Of a stretch of 64,000 bases of DNA, positions 58,848-64,000 are shown in pieces. This DNA is from Tubulanus polymorphus. Its lineage: Eukaryota > Animalia > Nemertea. Location of the stretch: assembly GCF_964204645.1 (NCBI RefSeq), contig NC_134025.1, positions 30,174,299-30,238,298 on the forward strand, written 5' to 3'. The notes beneath the pieces were generated by a model that saw only the letters and a list, made by a program, of their open reading frames with translations, did no database searches and had not been told where the DNA came from. Both the position numbers and the translations under genes were made by a program. Within the stretch, counting starts at the first letter, position 1, and every line of letters starts with the position of its first letter.

Positions 58848-61800
58848 TCACAAACATTTAGCTAAAATATCTTTAAGTAAGCTCGCGACATCGGTTGAGT
58901 TATCTTCATCGCCTGAAATTAAAAACATGAATTAGTAAATATGTTTTAATCCTACATTTACAAACTCGGGGCTAATTTCACAAATAGCGGAATTATGATT
59001 AGTTTCTTATGGCAACCTTTTATATGACTTCAAAAAAAGGTGAGTTTGTTGTAATGAGCATTGTGAAACCAGACCCAGCACTTATTATCACACGGAGATA
59101 TCAAATTATTTGTTTGGTGATATACATCATTTATCTGAAGTTTTCGTTATTTCATTTTAACGTACCTTCAGTTCGACCAGTGATGTCTTGTTCTAATCTT
59201 AATTTACTCTCCTGACATTTCAACATTCCTTCTTCGATTGAATTTTTACTGATAATCCTGATAACAGTCACTTCACTACAAAATACAAATACTCAATTCA
59301 ATAAAATTCAATAACAGGAAGAATTTGAGTCGTACGATGAGGAATGTTAACTGACCGAGTTTGTCCGACCCTGTGACAACGATCTTCTGCTTGTTTATCG
59401 TTGTACGGATTGTAATCAATATCGTGAAGAATGACGGTGTTGGCAGACGTCAAATTGATTCCTAAACCACCGGCTCGAGTCGACAACAAAAATATAAATA
59501 TTTCCGCGTCGTTGTTATAATCATCAATCAGCTTCAATCTGAAATAGAATTATCATTCATCAGTTGTTAATTAGTTTCAGGAATGTACGCAGAAGGTACA
59601 GCCATTGATATTCCTTTGCCACGGATAATCTAGACTGTAAAGCATTCTACTATGTTGACAATCACATTTCCTTGATAATTATGCTCCTTGTAAGCTGCTG
59701 CTGTTTGGCTCACTACCCTTAAAGTCTTGTTTGATTTACTTACTCCATACACACCCTAAATCCTAAGTTTCGGTATAAGAAACCCTTTTTTACAATCTTA
59801 CAGCGCATACTCGCCTCAGACAGATGATTGAAAACGTACCGTTCACTAACAGGTGTTGAACCGTCCAAACGACAGAATTTATAACCTCTAGCATTCAGAT
59901 ATTCCTCCATAATATCCATCATCATCGTGAACTGACTGAATATTAACACTCGATCACCCTACAATACAGTTCATCATACATTCATAGGATTTACAGTAAA
60001 ACTGTCATAAAATATAAAATTTTTCATTCATATTCTACTCACATTTTCTTTCAAACCCGGAAGAAGTTCGTCAAATTTTTCAAATTTACCCGAACGGCAG
60101 ATTACATCAGGAGTCAAACAGTATTTATTGATGCACTAAAAAATAGATCATCACATTCAAATATAATGTTTTATTAAAACAGTGGTTTATATTTACGCAG
60201 ATCTACAGAACAGTGTAAACTGTACCTTGTACGCTTTACAAGTTTTATGGATTTCAAAATCGGACATCACTTCAAAATCCTCCAGTATATAATCTTCATT
60301 AGCATCGTAATGGCCCGGATCCTTTTAAATACAATTAACAAAATACTTAAATCAGGGCCTACACTCGCTCTTCAGGACTCAGTTCCACAGTTCTGAGTTA
60401 GAGTTAACTCTGAGTTAAAGTTAGTTCATTTTCAATGAGTTAACTCAGAGTCAAATCTTAACTCAGAACTGTGGAACTGGACACAGTTGGTTAAAGTTAA
60501 CCTTTGGATAACTGATATTTTATTCCGAGCCTAGTTCCAGTCAGCTAATGGTTAAATTCACAAGTGTGGAACTGGATCCTCAGTTCAGAGTTAACTCACA
60601 ACTGTGGAACTGTTCATATTCAAGAATCATATTTTTTCTCAAAACAGTATAACAGGGTCCTGCTGCACTGTTCAGTTTAGAACTTACCCGTCTTTTCAAC
60701 ATTTTCGCCATTTCTCTCAGTTTTTCACGCGTATACTGCGTTCTCTGTAGTAACGAATGATTCGCCCATTTCCTCAACTGCATCACGATATGATTCGTGT
60801 TTTGCGAAACGTCTCCTTCCCGTTTTTCGCGATATTGTTTTGAAACGCTTTCCACGAGATCGTCGTATCCTTGTCTCTGTTCGGCGGTCATCGGACAATG
60901 AAGGATCTGTTCGATTTTTGACGGTAATTGTTGTAGCACCTAAAATAGCATTATCGACTTCCATTAGTTTTCCAGGCTTTTTGGTAAAATTTATCAAATT
61001 CCCCGAGTTGTCCCTGATTTTTGGGAAATCGACAGTTTACGAACCTGCGTTTTGAGTCGTCGTAAAACAAATGGATGCATGATTCTCTTCGCGTGTTCAA
61101 TTCTTTCTCTTTCGTAATTACCTCGAGATTGATCGTTAGTCGTCGTTCCTCGCTACAATATTCAAATCAAACATTAAATTTCTAAATGCCTATTTCTCAA
61201 AATTTAAGGAAAATTCTCAAAATTTAAAAGCATCATCGATTTAGAATGAGTTCTTAAGGAATCAAGGAATTTTAGACCTCTGTTATCTATATTCTATACT
61301 TACTGAAAACATTGAGAATATTTTCGGCAACTGGTCGCCCATACTGCGAAACATTTGTGGCATAACGAACGCGAGTAAAGACATCAGTTCAACGAGATTG
61401 TTTTGTAGCGGGGTTCCAGTCAGTAACAACCTTCTTCTGATCTGTAAAACCAGAAATAGAAATATGCGTAAATCAAAAATCTACTGGGAATGATTTCACA
61501 TTTGACTATCGGTTAAAACATTGGAAATGGATTGATTTTAACGCGCTAACTTAATTGAGGTCTTGGGTCTAGACACACTATCAGTAAGAAGTAAGAATTA
61601 CCTTAATTTTCATCAGATTTTTATATCTCAGTGAAACCATGTTTTTCAACATGTGAGCTTCGTCTAAAACGCCGAAATGGAACTCGTATTTTTTAAACAT
61701 GACGCGATCGTCCACGTTACCGGTCGCCATCTGATACGTCGTCAGAATCACGTTTATCGTTTCGAAATTATCTTCGTAAATTGATTGTCTGATTCCAATT

Positions 61801-64000
61801 CGTTCCTCTTGACTACCGTAATACATGATTACTTTTAGATCAGGGCACCATCGATGAAGTTCCCGCGACCAATTCTCTGAAATATTATAAAATTCACGTT
61901 TATTTCATTAAACATCATCCACAATTTCTGCATAATTGGATTGTTGTTGCGGATATCCGTGAACCGTGAGAACCATGCCAGCTTACCGAGAGTAGAAGAT
62001 GGTACTATGATCAAATGCGGACCTTTTTCACCGATCTCGAGTAAATGCGCCAGAAACGATATCGCTTGAATTGTTTTACCCAAACCCTAAAAACAAAACA
62101 AAATTTACAGCTTTCGAACACATTCTGCAAAAAAAATAAACGGTTTTCATGATTGGAAATAAAATATTTTACCATTTCATCGGCTAAAATTCCATTCAGT
62201 TCTTTTCTATTCATCAATGCTAGCCAATTCAATCCTATCATCTGATACGGTTTAAGAGTTAATCTGCAATCAAATCATATTGAATCAATTCATTTTCAAT
62301 TGTTTGATTCCATCCACACTTACGCAAATATCAATCTGCAACCTACACCCCTCACACATCAATTTAAACATTTTCATTATCTTCCAATTTTTCAATTGAT
62401 CCCCCCAAACGCCATCTTATCAACTTCACACTGCAGATTGATACCTGTATTAATCAGATTGTAACATACTTAGGGTTAATAAGATTAGGTTGTACGACTA
62501 TCTCAGCGTCCTGACCAGCATTCAGCTCTGTTTGATTCATCAGTACACTAACTGCCGATTCGATATCGTTAGAAATTTTCTCGCAAGTTTTCATCAAATT
62601 GATCACTTCGTTTCGATGTCTGATCATTTGTTTCGCGCCTTCGATGATTGAATGAGACAAAATCTTCACTTGGTTTAATTTCTCTTTCTGAAATGAGTCC
62701 AAATAATAATGCGTGTAAACTCAGTAACAGAACATCTCACGCTGAAAATGCGGTAGAAATCTTACCAAATCAGTATAATTTTCATAAGGTCTCGCGGCTA
62801 TGATCGCTGCCGCTTTTTTCTTCGAACAATTCGGTAAAGCTCCACATTCTTCCACTGATGATTCATTGAAGAAATCGACGATAATTTTCTGCAAATCGGA
62901 GTCATTTTCTGCTTCGTCCTGTCGATTGTAATTCAAAACGTAAGACTTTCATTTCAAAACGTCGACAGCTCTACCGACTTCAGGGAAAAATCATTTTACC
63001 TGATCACTGTCATCATCATCACCGGAATCATACTCCTCATCATCGTCCGGAAGTTCACCAGCAAAATGTTCGATCGTTTCTGAAGTTAAAATGAAAGAAA
63101 TAGTAACATTTATACGAAGCATTCAAATTCAGTCACAATGATCAGGATTATACTATGGCTCCAGAACCAAAATGGTCTTAAACCTAAGCATTGATTGCGC
63201 AATAAGCTGTTAATGGGTGTCTGGGTTAATGGGTGTCTTCGATTGAACTTACTATTTTTGCGTAATTCTGAGCTGCTCAATTGACAAGATTTTTTATGTT
63301 TTACAGCTAACTCATTGAGATCATCAGATTTAAAACCGTTTTGTGCTTTTCTATTTTTCATCGTCGCTTGAAGATCTTTGATACTCCACGCCTTAGAAAT
63401 ATCGAGAGAGTCTACGAAAGAAAACGATTGAAATTTCAACCTTTAAGAATATCAACAGGAATGACGAAACTACACACAATTTTAGTCACATTCTTGCCTT
63501 TTTCCTCTTTTTGTAAAGATTCAACTGCTTTATCAACATTATTACCGCACAAAGTAAGAACTTCCTTCAGTTTCTACATCAAAACAATTGACAACTATAT
63601 TTGCAGTTTAAAGTAACTACGAATTGAAAATGAGTTTGTAAGAATAATCAATAAATATCTTACATCTTTAGGTAGTTTAGGGTAAGCTCCCATTAAAAAT
63701 TCTAATTGACTATCTTCAGTAGATTGTGAATTGTCAGTAGTAGATTGAGGTAGTGTAGATTCAGTAGATTCCTGCGTCGTAACTGGTTCTGTATCGCTTT
63801 CATCCGAAAGAATCACCCTCGCTCTCTTTCGAGCTGGCGCGCTAATCTTCTCGCTATTTTGACTCGAAGCTGAAAATTGAAAAATCCGATTCATATGGAT
63901 TTTCTACAGCGCGCGAACAGTTCGTTCATTTCTATAATTCAGAAATAGAATTACTTTGAACATCGCTGTTCATCATTATAATTTTATCAACGGCGTCTTC
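58848..64000 (-). CDS. SMARCAD1: SMARCAD1/Fun30/Etl1 SNF2-family chromatin remodeler, 5'-truncated by the window edge
   Basis: Exons (minus): >64000-63955, 63869-63664, 63573-63498, 63411-63253, 63079-63000, 62918-62766, 62687-62470, 62263-62173, 62086-61987, 61876-61602, 61441-61304, 61152-61045, 60939-60688, 60321-60226, 60135-60043, 59958-59840, 59538-59356, 59275-59166, 58912-58848 (TGA). Motifs: [90 protein letters not shown], plus a CUE-like segment LEFLMGAYP...[10 protein letters not shown]. Confidence 0.95.
60376..60483. mobile_element. Palindromic MITE with CAG target-site duplication, in a SMARCAD1 intron
   Basis: CAG|GACTCAGTTCCACAGTTCTGAGTTA...TAACTCAGAACTGTGGAACTGGACA|CAG. Adjacent fragments extend to ~60612; relatives at ~37360-37475, ~41170-41280, ~48500-48590, ~28063-28180, ~58624-58740 and ~12226-12365. 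Confidence 0.8.

Overview
AT-rich, intron-containing animal genomic DNA, probably a marine invertebrate or lophotrochozoan (inference), not a prokaryotic locus. I rebuilt four protein-coding genes by hand from splice sites and reading frames. (1) The 76-nt first coding exon of an Elk/KCNH8-type EAG-family K+ channel (minus strand, 11635-11710). The ORF track misses it and the rest of the gene lies left of the window. (2) A complete 19-exon ARMC8 (minus). (3) A complete Regnase/ZC3H12 RNase gene with 5 coding exons (plus). (4) The last 19 exons of SMARCAD1/Fun30 (minus, cut by the window edge). The first ~36 kb is almost all non-coding: micro- and minisatellites, MITEs and CpG-rich patches. The most interesting non-genic observations are a Penelope-type minimal hammerhead-like motif inside a 54-bp inverted repeat, a tandem array of CTCF-like motifs in a Regnase intron, two RFX X-boxes upstream of the K+ channel, overlapping uORFs and kB sites at Regnase, and a modular spliced-looking locus with RTE fragments diverging from the ARMC8 promoter. 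I found no firm evidence for a wholly new biological system; these candidates are hypotheses to test.
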